This document shows positions 1-9,853 of a stretch of DNA of 64,000 nt, piece by piece (position 1 is the first letter of the stretch; the number at the start of each line of letters is the position of its first letter). Source of the DNA: Candidatus Eiseniibacteriota bacterium (GTDB lineage Bacteria > Joyebacterota > Joyebacteria > Joyebacterales > Joyebacteraceae); the NCBI GenBank assembly GCA_030622115.1, contig JAUXGN010000012.1:1493-65492 (forward strand). Reading direction: 5' to 3'. The notes under the pieces were generated by a model that was given only the letters and a program-made list of their open reading frames with translations, did not search any database and was not told where the DNA came from. Both the position numbers and the translations under genes were made by a program.

Positions 1-11
1 CGACACAGCTG

Positions 12-40
12 TTGACAGCCGCGATGAGTATCCGTATATT
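12..40 (+). promoter_or_regulatory. sigma70-type promoter of LysM/M23 gene
   Basis: TTGACA (12-17), 17-nt spacer, TATATT (35-40). Confidence 0.65.
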
Positions 41-53
41 TTCTAGTTAATCT

Positions 54-1310
54 ATGAACCGTGATAGCGACATAGGCGCCTGGCATACGACCAGGCTTGT
101 TGAACGATTCAGACGGTTGCCGGACGGAATGCGATTCTACTCGCTCCTTTCGGCCCTCGTACTGATGCTGGCCGTTGCTTCCGGGCTCACGGCGAGCCAC
201 GTGACGGGCACGTCCTCTGTTGTCGCGTTCAACCCGCGAACACCGATGTTCCGTCAGCTTTCTCCCTGGGGAAAGGTCATGGGCACATCGGGGAGTCCAT
301 TCCTCAAATCCGGCTTCGATGTCATAGGCGTTATGACGCCCATTCCTGAAGAGGTCCAGAGCTACGACTACGTCGCTGCTGCTGGAGAAGGACTTGAGGC
401 GATAGCAACCACGAACGGTGTTGACCTCGATCTTCTGGCCTGTGCGAACGCGGCGAGCTATGTGCGCGTGCCGAGACGCGAGACCGACGTTCGACTGCCG
501 CTCCTCTACTCAAGAGAGCGAAGCTGGGACCGGTCGATGGAGTTCCTCTATCCGCTTTCAAGCAAGATGCCGCTCGGCGGAAACGGCCGGGCAAAGCGCG
601 GCGCGCCGACGATAGTCCGCCACGCTGTCGCCCGTGGTGAATGCCTCTGGAACATCGCGAGGAAGTACCACGTGCGCATGGAGACCATAATCGGCATAAA
701 CGACCTGCCAAGCGCGCGATATCTGAGGCCCGGCCAGATACTGGAGATACCGGACACCGACGGCACCTACTCCGTCGTTAGAAAAGGCGACACGATCAGC
801 AGCATCTGTGCGAAGTACGACGTTGAGCTTGCAGAACTCGTGAACGCGAACCCCGGACTGGATGTCAAGACCCTCCAGATAGGCCAGAAAATCTTCGTGC
901 CGGGTACGCAAGCACTGGAGCAGTTGTTCCGGATGGCTTGGCCGGTCTACGGCAGAATATCGAGCCGCTACGGATACAGGTTCCACCCTGTTCACAAGCG
1001 CAGGATGATGCACACGGGCCTCGACATCGCGGCCAGACATGGGAACCCGATTCGCGCAGCCCTCGCAGGCCGTGTGACCTTCGTAGGCTGGAAGGGCGGC
1101 TACGGGAAGACCGTCATTATCGAACACCCAAACGGTTGCGAGACGTTGTACGGCCACTGCTCGAAGCTTCTCGTCAGCAGGGGTGAGACCGTAAAGAAGG
1201 GGCAGCAGATAGCAAAGGTGGGAAGCACAGGCATCTCCACAGGCCCGCACGTGCACTTCGAGGTGAGAGAACACAACAAGCGGATCAACCCCGAGAAGCT
1301 GCTCTACTAG
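54..1310 (+). CDS. LysM-domain M23 family peptidoglycan endopeptidase
   Basis: N-terminal hydrophobic segment; LysM repeats (GECLWNIARKY, GDTISSICAKY, plus degenerate GEGLEAIATTNGV); M23 zinc motifs HTGLD and HVH intact. Alternative start at ATG 129. Confidence 0.9.
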   Translation: MNRDSDIGAWHTTRLVERFRRLPDGMRFYSLLSALVLMLAVASGLTASHVTGTSSVVAFNPRTPMFRQLSPWGKVMGTSGSPFLKSGFDVIGVMTPIPEEVQSYDYVAAAGEGLEAIATTNGVDLDLLACANAASYVRVPRRETDVRLPLLYSRERSWDRSMEFLYPLSSKMPLGGNGRAKRGAPTIVRHAVARGECLWNIARKYHVRMETIIGINDLPSARYLRPGQILEIPDTDGTYSVVRKGDTISSICAKYDVELAELVNANPGLDVKTLQIGQKIFVPGTQALEQLFRMAWPVYGRISSRYGYRFHPVHKRRMMHTGLDIAARHGNPIRAALAGRVTFVGWKGGYGKTVIIEHPNGCETLYGHCSKLLVSRGETVKKGQQIAKVGSTGISTGPHVHFEVREHNKRINPEKLLY

Positions 1311-1327
1311 TAGAACGCCGCCAGAGT

Positions 1328-1394
1328 CCGAGCCGCTACAGACCAAGCCGCTACAGACCGAACCGCTACAAACCAAGCCGCTACAAACCAAGCT
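1328..1394. repeat. 15-bp tandem repeat, about 4.4 copies (CCRARCCGCTACARA), overlapping the stop of the HD gene
   Basis: Units start at 1328, 1343, 1358 and 1373, with a partial unit at 1388. Confidence 0.9.
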
Positions 1395-1926
1395 CGTCGC
1401 TTATCCCCTGCATTGCCAGAAGCGCGATACCGACGAACTCCTCAAGTCCGATACCCAGCTCACCTATGGTCTCCATCTGCTCACGACTCGCGCCGGCAGC
1501 GAAGCGTTTTTCCTTGTAGCGCCGCATGACGAACGGAACATCCACGAGCGCCAGCTTCTTCTCCGGATGCATCAGAGTGGCCGCGACAATGAGTCCTGTG
1601 ATGGGGTCGCCCGCGTAGAGCCCCCGATCCATAGCGCTCTCCCGCGGCACATGGCTATTGTGCGCCTTGACTGCATGAACGATTCTCTCTGAGAAACCCA
1701 TTCCCTCAAGCTTCTCAGCCGATACCAGACCGTGCATCTCCGGGGCGTCCTGAGTCTCCTCAACATCGAGATCGTGCATGAGACCAGCCAGCCCCCACGA
1801 CTCGGTGTCTTCCCCCAAACGCTCCGCAAGCCCCTTCATGACCGCTTCCGTGGCAAACATGTGTTTGAGGAGATTCTTGTTCCCGCAGTTCTCCTTCAGC
1901 ACTCGAACACACTCGTCTCTCGTCAT
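1381..1926 (-). CDS. HD/HDIG-domain metal-dependent phosphohydrolase
   Basis: H...GLMHDLD...H...D pattern (KHMFATE, MHDLD, AHN, GD) and KEKRFAAGASR motif; ATG 1926 follows a purine-rich SD. Confidence 0.85.
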   Translation of the reverse strand: MTRDECVRVLKENCGNKNLLKHMFATEAVMKGLAERLGEDTESWGLAGLMHDLDVEETQDAPEMHGLVSAEKLEGMGFSERIVHAVKAHNSHVPRESAMDRGLYAGDPITGLIVAATLMHPEKKLALVDVPFVMRRYKEKRFAAGASREQMETIGELGIGLEEFVGIALLAMQGISDELGL

Positions 1927-2020
1927 CTTCCCTGCTCCCTCCACCTGGATTCCTCCGTGCTCGTTTCACATTCCCGCGCCACATTCGCATGCTACTCTGC
2001 ACCGGCGCCGGGATGCGCGC

Positions 2021-4117
2021 CTAGCCCACATCGATCAGCGCACCGCGGCCTTTGAATCTGCGTTTGATGGCGTCCACGACTGCGCGGCTCGCAGGCTCCG
2101 CCAGCGCACCGTCCTTCTCAAGAAGCTCAAACGCGTCTTCCCGGGCACTGACAAGGAGCCGCATGTCCATCGCGAGATCCGCGACCGCGAACTTCGGGAT
2201 CCCGTGCTGCTTCACCCCCATGAACTCACCGGGACCTCTGAGTTTGAGATCCCGCTCCGCGATGACGAAACCGTCACTCGTGTCCGCCAGCACCTGGATC
2301 CGTTCTCTCGCTTCATCCGAGGCGCCACGGCCGACCATGAGAATGCAGTATGAACGATGCTCTCCACGTCCCACGCGTCCTCTGAGCTGATGAAGTTGCG
2401 CCAATCCGAACCGCTCTGAGTGTTCTATGACCATGACTGTCGCGTTGGGAATGTCGACACCCACCTCTACCACTGTCGTGGAGACGAGGACACTGATCCT
2501 GCCCGAGGAGAACGCGTTCATAACACTCGCCTTGTCCGCGGATTTCATGCGTCCGTGCACGAGCCCTACGGCGATATCAGGAAAGATCCTCTCATTCAGT
2601 TCCTCGTGCATCTTGGTAGCGGCGGCAAGTTCGATCTTCTCCGACTCCTCGACAAGCGGGTAGACAATGAAGACTTGGCGGCCATCTTTCACCTGAGCCC
2701 GGAGGAAGTCGTAGACCCGCCTGCGAGCTGATTCGTCCCGAACCGCGGTCGTAACCGGCGTCCTGCCCGGCGGAAGCTCATCGATCACCGAAACATCGAG
2801 ATCCCCATAGACGGTGAGTGAGAGCGTCCGCGGTATCGGGGTCGCCGTCATGACGAGCACATCGGGCGAACGGCCCTTCTTCCTGAGAGCCGCCCTCTGC
2901 GTAACACCGAATCGATGCTGCTCATCGACGATCACGAGTCCCAGACGATGGAACTCGACACCCTTCTGAATGAGAGCGTGCGTTCCCACGACCACGGCCG
3001 CTGCCCCGGTCGATATGGATTCAAGCGCCTCCGCCCTCTCTCCGGCCTTCATTCCGCCGCGCAGAAGCACGGTCCTGTCGCCGAGAGCGCCGAGGAGCGA
3101 TGAGATGCCCGCATAGTGCTGCTCGGCCAGGATCTCGGTAGGAGCCATGATCGCGACCTGAAGACCGGCGGCAGCGGCGTGATGCATCGCCGCGGCAGCC
3201 ACAACGGTCTTGCCGGAACCAACGTCGCCCTGAAGCAGGCGATTCATGGTCCCGGGCTCCTCTATGTCGGTCCTGATCTCCGAGACGACCCGCTTCTGAG
3301 CCTCCGTGAGCCCGAACGGCAGCGATGCCAGGAATCTCTCGTGCTCACGCTTGTCCCAAGTGTATCCCTTGACGCCCGCTTCCCGTGTCTTGAGACGCCT
3401 GCGTCTCGCGGCGACCACGACTTGGAAGAGAAAGAACTCCTCGAAGGCGAGACGCATCCTCGCGTGCCCCGCGATCTCGAGTGACGTCGCGAAGTGAACG
3501 TCTCGGAAAGCATCTCTGCGAGACGGCAAAGATCTCTTCTTCACGACCCAGGCCGGCAACAGCTCCGTGACCTCATCAAGATGCCGATCGAGCGCGGTCT
3601 TCATGAAACGCCTGATTCGTTTCCCGGAGAGACCGCCAACCTGCGAGTACTCAGGGACTATCCTCCCGGCGTGAACCAGCTCCGCCACATCTTTCTCGCC
3701 CATCAGTTCAAAGGCGGGATTTATGAACTCCTTCCGACGAGCGTGCCGATCGAAGCGAACCTCTCCGCTCAAGACGATCTTGGAACCGTTCGTAAGATTC
3801 GTCTTCAGATAGGGTTGGTTGTACCATCGCGCGAAGATGGCGCCGGTATCGTCTTCCAGAACCGCCATGAAAACGGACCGACCGCCCCGCCATCTGTTCA
3901 GCTCGGACGAGAGCACTCTGACGATCACGGTAACCCTATCACCTACTCTGAGCCCGTCCACCTCGGAGACCTTGGACCAATCCGTATACGCCCTCGGAAC
4001 GTGGTAGAGAAGATCCTCTATCGTCTCCACACCGGTCTTCGCGAGGAATCCCGCAGACTTGGGCCCGACGCCCTTCAAGAACCCTACGGGCGAGAATATG
4101 GTTGTCTTGGTCGCTAT
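2021..4117 (-). CDS. recG: ATP-dependent DNA helicase RecG
   Basis: LKGVGP N-terminus, Walker A QGDVGSGKT, DEQH, TATPIPRT, QLRGRVGRG, RGPGE. Start uncertain: ATA at 4117 after AGGAGG is proposed; the ORF is open to 4192. Confidence 0.95.
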   Translation of the reverse strand: MATKTTIFSPVGFLKGVGPKSAGFLAKTGVETIEDLLYHVPRAYTDWSKVSEVDGLRVGDRVTVIVRVLSSELNRWRGGRSVFMAVLEDDTGAIFARWYNQPYLKTNLTNGSKIVLSGEVRFDRHARRKEFINPAFELMGEKDVAELVHAGRIVPEYSQVGGLSGKRIRRFMKTALDRHLDEVTELLPAWVVKKRSLPSRRDAFRDVHFATSLEIAGHARMRLAFEEFFLFQVVVAARRRRLKTREAGVKGYTWDKREHERFLASLPFGLTEAQKRVVSEIRTDIEEPGTMNRLLQGDVGSGKTVVAAAAMHHAAAAGLQVAIMAPTEILAEQHYAGISSLLGALGDRTVLLRGGMKAGERAEALESISTGAAAVVVGTHALIQKGVEFHRLGLVIVDEQHRFGVTQRAALRKKGRSPDVLVMTATPIPRTLSLTVYGDLDVSVIDELPPGRTPVTTAVRDESARRRVYDFLRAQVKDGRQVFIVYPLVEESEKIELAAATKMHEELNERIFPDIAVGLVHGRMKSADKASVMNAFSSGRISVLVSTTVVEVGVDIPNATVMVIEHSERFGLAQLHQLRGRVGRGEHRSYCILMVGRGASDEARERIQVLADTSDGFVIAERDLKLRGPGEFMGVKQHGIPKFAVADLAMDMRLLVSAREDAFELLEKDGALAEPASRAVVDAIKRRFKGRGALIDVG

Positions 4118-4151
4118 GACGCCCTCCTGGGGAGAATTCCGGGACACCCGC

Positions 4152-4180
4152 ATTCTAGTCGAGCAGGCAGGGGGGGTCAA
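4152..4180 (-). promoter_or_regulatory. sigma70-type promoter of recG
   Basis: Minus strand TTGACC (4180-4175), 17 nt, TAGAAT (4157-4152). Confidence 0.6.
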
Positions 4181-4246
4181 GCCACCCACCAAATATGAAG
4201 GTCACCATGCGTCTTGACATGATCCCTCTCGAGTTCAGGAAAGTGC

Positions 4247-4275
4247 TTGCGGCGCATTCCGGCCTGTGCTAGATT
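4247..4275 (+). promoter_or_regulatory. sigma70-type promoter of rpmB
   Basis: TTGCGG, 17 nt, TGc-TAGATT extended -10. Confidence 0.5.
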
Positions 4276-4309
4276 TGGGTTTCGACTGATATTCGGATGG
4301 AGGAAGAAC

Positions 4310-4513
4310 ATGTCACGGAAATGCGACATATGCGGAAAGCACCCGCGGGTAGGGAGTAACGTCAGCCACGCGCACAATGTCACAAAGCGCAGGTGGCTTC
4401 CCAATCTGCAGCGAGTGAAGGTCGTGATTGACGGCACCCCAAAGAAGCTGTCTGTCTGCACAAGCTGCATACGCTCAGGCGCCATAGACAAGTACAGGAA
4501 GACGGCTGCCTGA
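4310..4513 (+). CDS. rpmB: 50S ribosomal protein L28 (zinc-ribbon form)
   Basis: [10 protein letters not shown]...[16 protein letters not shown]...VCTSCIR; GGAGG SD before ATG 4310. Confidence 0.97.
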   Translation: MSRKCDICGKHPRVGSNVSHAHNVTKRRWLPNLQRVKVVIDGTPKKLSVCTSCIRSGAIDKYRKTAA

Positions 4514-4534
4514 CGAGCGGATGTCGAAATGCAG

Positions 4535-4564
4535 GAAGGGGCCCTCCCCGAGGGTCCCTTCTTC
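4535..4564. terminator. intrinsic terminator-like hairpin between convergent rpmB and anti-sigma gene
   Basis: GAAGGGGCCCTC-CCC-GAGGGTCCCTTC followed by TTC. Confidence 0.6.
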
Positions 4565-4592
4565 ATGTTGATTCTTGACTGTTGCGGCGTCG

Positions 4593-5015
4593 TCAGACCG
4601 CCTTCTTGAGCGTGAGGGTCGTACCCGCGCCCTTCCCCATCTCGAACACCACCGAGTCCATCACCTCGCGCATGATGTAGATACCGCGACCCGAAACCCC
4701 CATGCATCTCTCGGGATCTGTTGGATCGAAGACCTTGTCGAGATCGAAGCCACGTCCCTCATCGTGGACTATCAGCTTGAATGTTCCCGGTGACCACTCG
4801 AACCTGATGGTGACTTGCGTGGCATCACTCAAGTCGTTTCCGTGGACGACGGCGTTGGTCACCGCCTCGACAACAGCGATCGCAATCTCAATGAGAGGAC
4901 CGTCGTCGAAACCCGCCAGCTTCCCGTACTTGCCCGCCAACGAATCCACGCGTTCCAGAATATCGAGTTCGTTCGGGAGGACGAGTTCGTCGACTCCTGA
5001 TGCTGCGTCAGTCAT
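4593..5015 (-). CDS. anti-sigma factor / Ser kinase (RsbW/SpoIIAB-like, HATPase_c)
   Basis: EAVTNAVVHGN (N box), DEGRGFD (G1), GRGIYIM (G2). Confidence 0.9.
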   Translation of the reverse strand: MTDAASGVDELVLPNELDILERVDSLAGKYGKLAGFDDGPLIEIAIAVVEAVTNAVVHGNDLSDATQVTIRFEWSPGTFKLIVHDEGRGFDLDKVFDPTDPERCMGVSGRGIYIMREVMDSVVFEMGKGAGTTLTLKKAV

Positions 5016-5040
5016 CCGTTCTCCCAGGCAGTGGCCTCGA

Positions 5041-5376
5041 TCAGAAGCTGTCCAGTGCTTCCTGCAGTGTCGGATGAGTGTCGAAGATCGTCAGAAGCTT
5101 GGTGATCATGAAGAGGCTCCGAATCCTGTCGGAGACGTGCGTCAGCTTGAGAATACCCTCTTCGCGCTGGACACTCGTGTAGATGGCCATGAGAGTCCCC
5201 AGTCCAGTACTGTTGATCCACGGTACCCCTTTGAGATCAATGATGAACTTGCGCCCCCCGTCGTCGAGCAGCCGCTTGATCTCGTTTCTCACATCGTTGC
5301 TCTCAGCTCCGCCCATGAGGTTTCCGGATATGTGGACGACCGCGACGTCTCCCTCCATCTTGGTCTTGAACTTCAA
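5041..5376 (-). CDS. STAS-domain anti-sigma factor antagonist (RsbV/SpoIIAA-like)
   Basis: DLKGVPWINSTGLGTL with the phosphoacceptor Ser retained; TTG start after GGAGG. Confidence 0.9.
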   Translation of the reverse strand: MKFKTKMEGDVAVVHISGNLMGGAESNDVRNEIKRLLDDGGRKFIIDLKGVPWINSTGLGTLMAIYTSVQREEGILKLTHVSDRIRSLFMITKLLTIFDTHPTLQEALDSF

Positions 5377-5547
5377 CCTGCACCTCCCGAATAGGGTTCA
5401 CCTTCAGACCCTGCGCCCCTTTGCCGCGCCAGGCGCGATCGCGACCGGATCCGCTTGTGTACGCAAAAGTTACCACAATCCCTGGTATCAGGCAAAGGGG
5501 AAACATGACGCCGGATACCACCTTGAGAGCCCCAGCTGGGCACAATA

Positions 5548-5564
5548 CTGGTACGACTTGTGCA
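5548..5564 (+). promoter_or_regulatory. candidate sigma54 (-24/-12) promoter upstream of hybrid kinase
   Basis: CTGGTACGACTTGTGCA matches TGGCACG-N4-TTGCW with correct GG-N10-GC spacing. Confidence 0.5.
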
Positions 5565-5679
5565 TCCATAGTGTCACGAATCCGGGACGATTGGACGGTG
5601 CGCGCAGGGAATCTCCGCTGCCGCCGTGTGGACGTCGTAGAGTGCCCTATTCAAGGGCCATTCCTGTGATGGAGAAAGC

Positions 5680-8600
5680 ATGAGCACAAGACAGAGAACC
5701 GCGCTACTGAGCCTCGGCCTCGCGGGCGCGCTGTGGGTCGCCTATTCTGCCCTGCTCATCGCATTCTACGACATCACGTTCATTCAGGCTGCCGTCACTG
5801 GGATAACGCCCCTCGGCTGGGTCTTTCGCCTTACTCTCACAGCCTTCACGCTCGGCATCGGGCTCATGCTCAGCCACTTCGTCGAACAGCGGTCACGCAT
5901 GGGACTGAGCGCTGATATCATGGAAGCCCTGAGTGAGCAGACCAACCATGGCTTCGCGGCCACCCACATAGATGGAACGATCACATACATAAACCACTAC
6001 TTGGCCGATGCGCACGGGTACGAACCCAGCGAACTGACAGGAAAGAACATCTCGATCCTGCGATCGGAGTTCCAGCCGACCCAGACGCGGACCGTCCTGG
6101 ACTCGCTTGCCACAGTCGGCAGCTTCAGCGCACTCGAGGTGCGACATGTCCACAGATCGGGCTCGTTCTTCTCAATGCTCACAAACGCAAGAGTGCTGAC
6201 CGATCAGGACGGCAAGCCGGGGGCCATGGCCCTTACAGCGACTGATCTCAGAGCGCACTCGGACGCTACCCACGCCCTCGAGCATAGACGGGCGCTCGAT
6301 CGCGCCGTGGCGAACTTCTCCCGCGCGCTCGTGCGGGATGTCTCCGTCGATATCGGAGAGATACTCAAGAATCTGGCGACCGCCCTCTCGGTCGACCGCG
6401 CCGGTATCTATAGATTTCGAGCCGAAGGCGTAATGGACAAGACCCACGAGTGGAATCCATATCACGTAGCGACATCCGCCGAGAGCAAGCAGGATTTCAG
6501 TGTCTCCCTGCTCCCATGGTGCACGTCCGAGATCCTCGCCGGAAGAAACGCCATTATCGAGGACGTCAGAAGCCTTCCGCAAGAGGCCGCGACCGACCAG
6601 AGGTCGCTCGACATGCTGGGGATACGCTCGGCGTTGATGGTGCCCATACACTCCGCGACGGAAGCGATCGGCTTCATCTCGTTCGAACAGGCCTCCTCAA
6701 TGAAGACCCCTCCGCCCGAGGATCTGGGACCGATAGCGGCGGCGGCGGAGATGCTGGCGGCGGCCCTTCTCCGATTCGAGGCGATCGAAAAGATGAAGAT
6801 CGCGCGCGATCGCGCCCAGGGCTACCTCGATCTGGCTGAGGCGGCATTCGTAGCTCTGGGATCCGATGGCCGGGTCACGATGATCAACACCCGCGGCTGT
6901 GAGATGCTGGAGTCGAGCGAGGACGAGATACTCGGGCAGAGCTGGTTTGGCAGGTTCCTGCCTGACAACGCCCGTGAGCAGACAAGAACGGTGTTCGAGC
7001 AGCTAATGGCGGGCGATGCCGCGCCTGTAGAGCACCATGAGAACAAGATCTTGACCGCCAAGGGCAATATCCGCATGGTGGCCTGGCACAACACGATGAT
7101 GTACGGGGCCGATGGGCAGATCACGGGGACTCTCAGTTCGGGCATGGATGTCACCGAGATGAGGCGCGCCGAGGCGATGCAGCAGGCCGCCTACACGGTC
7201 GCCGCTGCCGCGCACACGACTGAGGACATGGATGAACTCTACGAGACGATCCACAGGGAATTGGGAGAGGTTCTCAACACCGAGAACTTCTTCATAGCTC
7301 TCTACGACCGCGGCGCCGACACGATTACTCTGCCCTACTTCGTGGACAAGCATGACCAAGGAGTCTACGGCTCCTTCCCTGCAGGAAGGAGCCTCACCGC
7401 CAATGTCATACACAATGACCGGCCGCTTCTGCTGGATCGAGACACGGGCAACGCGATGGTAGCGAGCGGAGAGGTTGACATGATCGGCACACCCAGCGAT
7501 GTCTGGCTTGGTGTTCCGCTCCACGCCCGCGGTGAGGTCATCGGCGCAATCGTGGTGCAGAGCTATGAGAATCCGGACGAGTTCGACAAGGATGATCTGG
7601 CGATGCTTGAGTTCGTGTCCGGACAGATCGGCACATCGATCGAGCGAAGGCGTGCTGAGGATCAGCTGCGCTTCCTGAGTTCGATCCCGACTCAGGTCTC
7701 AGACGGTGTCATGGTGACGGACCTCGAGTTCAGGATCACATACGTCAACAGGGCGGCCGAGCTGACCTACGGCTACGAACACGATGAGCTCATGGGCTTG
7801 ATTCCCGACACGCTCAGTGCGGAGCCGTCTGCCGCGAGCATCCATGCTGAGATAGCGGAGACCGTGTCGTCCGGCGGCATCTGGCATGGAACTCACATCA
7901 ACAGACGTCGGGACGGAACAACCTTCGACTGCGAGATGACTGTCTCACCGATGACGGACCCGGGAGGCGAACCATCCTCATACGTCTGGATCCTGAGAGA
8001 TATCACTGAACGGAAGCGTGCTGAGAAGCTGCTTCACGCCGTTAACTCGACCGCGCTTGCGATGACCCGTGCGTTGACGCCGGAGCAGGTTCTCAGCACG
8101 GCTGCCGCATCGCTCAGGGATCTGTACATCTGCGCCGGAATTCTGATACTGGACGACTCATCCGGAACGCCGATCCTCGTGGAGCCCCTCTTCTCGGGCT
8201 CCACGACCACACACGATGGATCCGATAGCAGCGGAGAATCGCTCCCCACATCCGACTCCGGCGGAACCGCAGACTCTGAGCAGATCTCCATAAGCATGCA
8301 CGAGTTCGGTCCATCCAAGAGCGCGCTCCTCGACGGCCACAGTGTCTTCATCGAAGATGGATTGGGCATCGTCGGAGACTCATTCAGAGACGCGACAATG
8401 TGTCCATCAGGTGTGGATCAGAGTGGGGAGATCGAGCATCTTGTCGCAGCTCCGCTTGTCGCCGAGGGAGAAATGTTCGGAGTTCTGCTGATGCTGTCGT
8501 CTGATCTGCGAAGAACCGATGTGGCGATCCTCACGGCGCTTGCAAACCAGATAGCGGCTTCGTGGCGGAAGGTCAAGGTGCTCGGCGAACTCGAGAAGAG

Positions 8601-9774
8601 CTTGACGGATCTCTCCGAGGCTCAGGGACAGCTCCTGCAGGCACAGAAGATGGAGGCTGTCGGGCGGCTCGCGGGTGGCGTCGCTCACGACTTCAACAAC
8701 CTCCTCACCGCCATCACCGGGTACTCGGATCTCGCGCTTTCCAAGATGGAGGACGACAGCCCGATCAGACCCTACATCACGGAGGTGAAGAAGGGCGCGG
8801 ACCGGGCGGCCAACCTCACGGGCCAGCTGCTCGCATTCAGCCGCAGACAGCCGCTCGAGCCGAAGATCCTGGACACAGGCAGCATCATCGCCGACCTCGA
8901 GAAGATGATGAAGCGACTCATTGGAGAGGATATCGCGCTTCACACGGACCTGACCGATGGGCTCCCCCCGATCAAGGCTGACGGCGGTCAGATCGAGCAG
9001 GTGCTCATCAACATGGTTGTCAACGCGCGCGATGCGATGCCACACGGAGGACGTCTGTCCGTGAGTGCCAAGTGCGTTCAGATCAGCCAGGACGATTGTG
9101 CGTCCCAAGGCGATTGCCCGTCCGGGGAGTACATCCGCATCTCGGTCACCGATTCCGGATCCGGGATACCCCCCGAGGTCATGGACAGGATCTTCGAGCC
9201 GTTCTTCACAACCAAGGGGCGCGGCGAAGGCACCGGCCTTGGGCTCGCCGGTGCCTACGGCATCATCCGTCAGCACGGGGGATGGATCCATGTTCAGACG
9301 GAGGTGGGCCGCGGCACGACTTTCCACATTCACATCCCGACAACGAACGCCGAAATCGACGTCACGTCGGATGCAAAGCCGGACACGACGGCGGAGTCAG
9401 GACGTGGTGAACGCATCCTGCTCGTGGAGGACGAACCTCTTGTGAGAGATTTCGCAGTGGGCGCGCTCAAGGACAGCGGCTACGACATCGTAGCCGCTGA
9501 AAGCGCCGAGCAGGCGCTGGAACTGTTCGAACAGGAAGAAGGGAGATTCGATCTCGTCTTCAGTGATGTTGTCCTGCCCGGCAAGAGCGGCGTTGTGCTT
9601 GTGGACGAGCTCCTGAATCGCGCCCCGGATCTCGGCGTCCTTCTCAGCAGCGGCTATACGGACCAGAAATCACAGCTGCCGCAGATCCGCGATCGCGGAT
9701 ACGAGTTCCTCCAGAAGCCGTACGAGCTCAACAACCTGCTCCGGGCCATCCGGAAGAGCATCGAACCGAACTAG
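5680..9774 (+). CDS. membrane-anchored PAS/GAF hybrid sensor histidine kinase with receiver domain
   Basis: Two N-terminal TM segments, alternating PAS and GAF domains, H box [30 protein letters not shown], receiver (LVED...SDVVLP...KP). Confidence 0.95.
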   Translation: MSTRQRTALLSLGLAGALWVAYSALLIAFYDITFIQAAVTGITPLGWVFRLTLTAFTLGIGLMLSHFVEQRSRMGLSADIMEALSEQTNHGFAATHIDGTITYINHYLADAHGYEPSELTGKNISILRSEFQPTQTRTVLDSLATVGSFSALEVRHVHRSGSFFSMLTNARVLTDQDGKPGAMALTATDLRAHSDATHALEHRRALDRAVANFSRALVRDVSVDIGEILKNLATALSVDRAGIYRFRAEGVMDKTHEWNPYHVATSAESKQDFSVSLLPWCTSEILAGRNAIIEDVRSLPQEAATDQRSLDMLGIRSALMVPIHSATEAIGFISFEQASSMKTPPPEDLGPIAAAAEMLAAALLRFEAIEKMKIARDRAQGYLDLAEAAFVALGSDGRVTMINTRGCEMLESSEDEILGQSWFGRFLPDNAREQTRTVFEQLMAGDAAPVEHHENKILTAKGNIRMVAWHNTMMYGADGQITGTLSSGMDVTEMRRAEAMQQAAYTVAAAAHTTEDMDELYETIHRELGEVLNTENFFIALYDRGADTITLPYFVDKHDQGVYGSFPAGRSLTANVIHNDRPLLLDRDTGNAMVASGEVDMIGTPSDVWLGVPLHARGEVIGAIVVQSYENPDEFDKDDLAMLEFVSGQIGTSIERRRAEDQLRFLSSIPTQVSDGVMVTDLEFRITYVNRAAELTYGYEHDELMGLIPDTLSAEPSAASIHAEIAETVSSGGIWHGTHINRRRDGTTFDCEMTVSPMTDPGGEPSSYVWILRDITERKRAEKLLHAVNSTALAMTRALTPEQVLSTAAASLRDLYICAGILILDDSSGTPILVEPLFSGSTTTHDGSDSSGESLPTSDSGGTADSEQISISMHEFGPSKSALLDGHSVFIEDGLGIVGDSFRDATMCPSGVDQSGEIEHLVAAPLVAEGEMFGVLLMLSSDLRRTDVAILTALANQIAASWRKVKVLGELEKSLTDLSEAQGQLLQAQKMEAVGRLAGGVAHDFNNLLTAITGYSDLALSKMEDDSPIRPYITEVKKGADRAANLTGQLLAFSRRQPLEPKILDTGSIIADLEKMMKRLIGEDIALHTDLTDGLPPIKADGGQIEQVLINMVVNARDAMPHGGRLSVSAKCVQISQDDCASQGDCPSGEYIRISVTDSGSGIPPEVMDRIFEPFFTTKGRGEGTGLGLAGAYGIIRQHGGWIHVQTEVGRGTTFHIHIPTTNAEIDVTSDAKPDTTAESGRGERILLVEDEPLVRDFAVGALKDSGYDIVAAESAEQALELFEQEEGRFDLVFSDVVLPGKSGVVLVDELLNRAPDLGVLLSSGYTDQKSQLPQIRDRGYEFLQKPYELNNLLRAIRKSIEPN

Positions 9775-9775
9775 A

Positions 9776-9831
9776 GACGGACCGGAAGCGCTTCGAGCCG
9801 CGGTGGTGACGGGCCGGAAGCGCTTCGAGCC
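9776..9831. repeat. 24-bp direct repeat x2 (32-bp period), each with palindrome GAAGCGCTTC
   Basis: GACGGRCCGGAAGCGCTTCGAGCC at 9776-9799 and 9808-9831, between convergent genes. Confidence 0.85.
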
Positions 9832-9853
9832 ATGCCTGCGTCTCTGGACGCAC

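Noticed and set aside
558-1391. 277-aa ORF beginning with VCSGL/VCSGS repeats
   Set aside because: The repeat peptide is just another frame of the 15-bp tandem repeat; the rest is antisense to the M23 gene.
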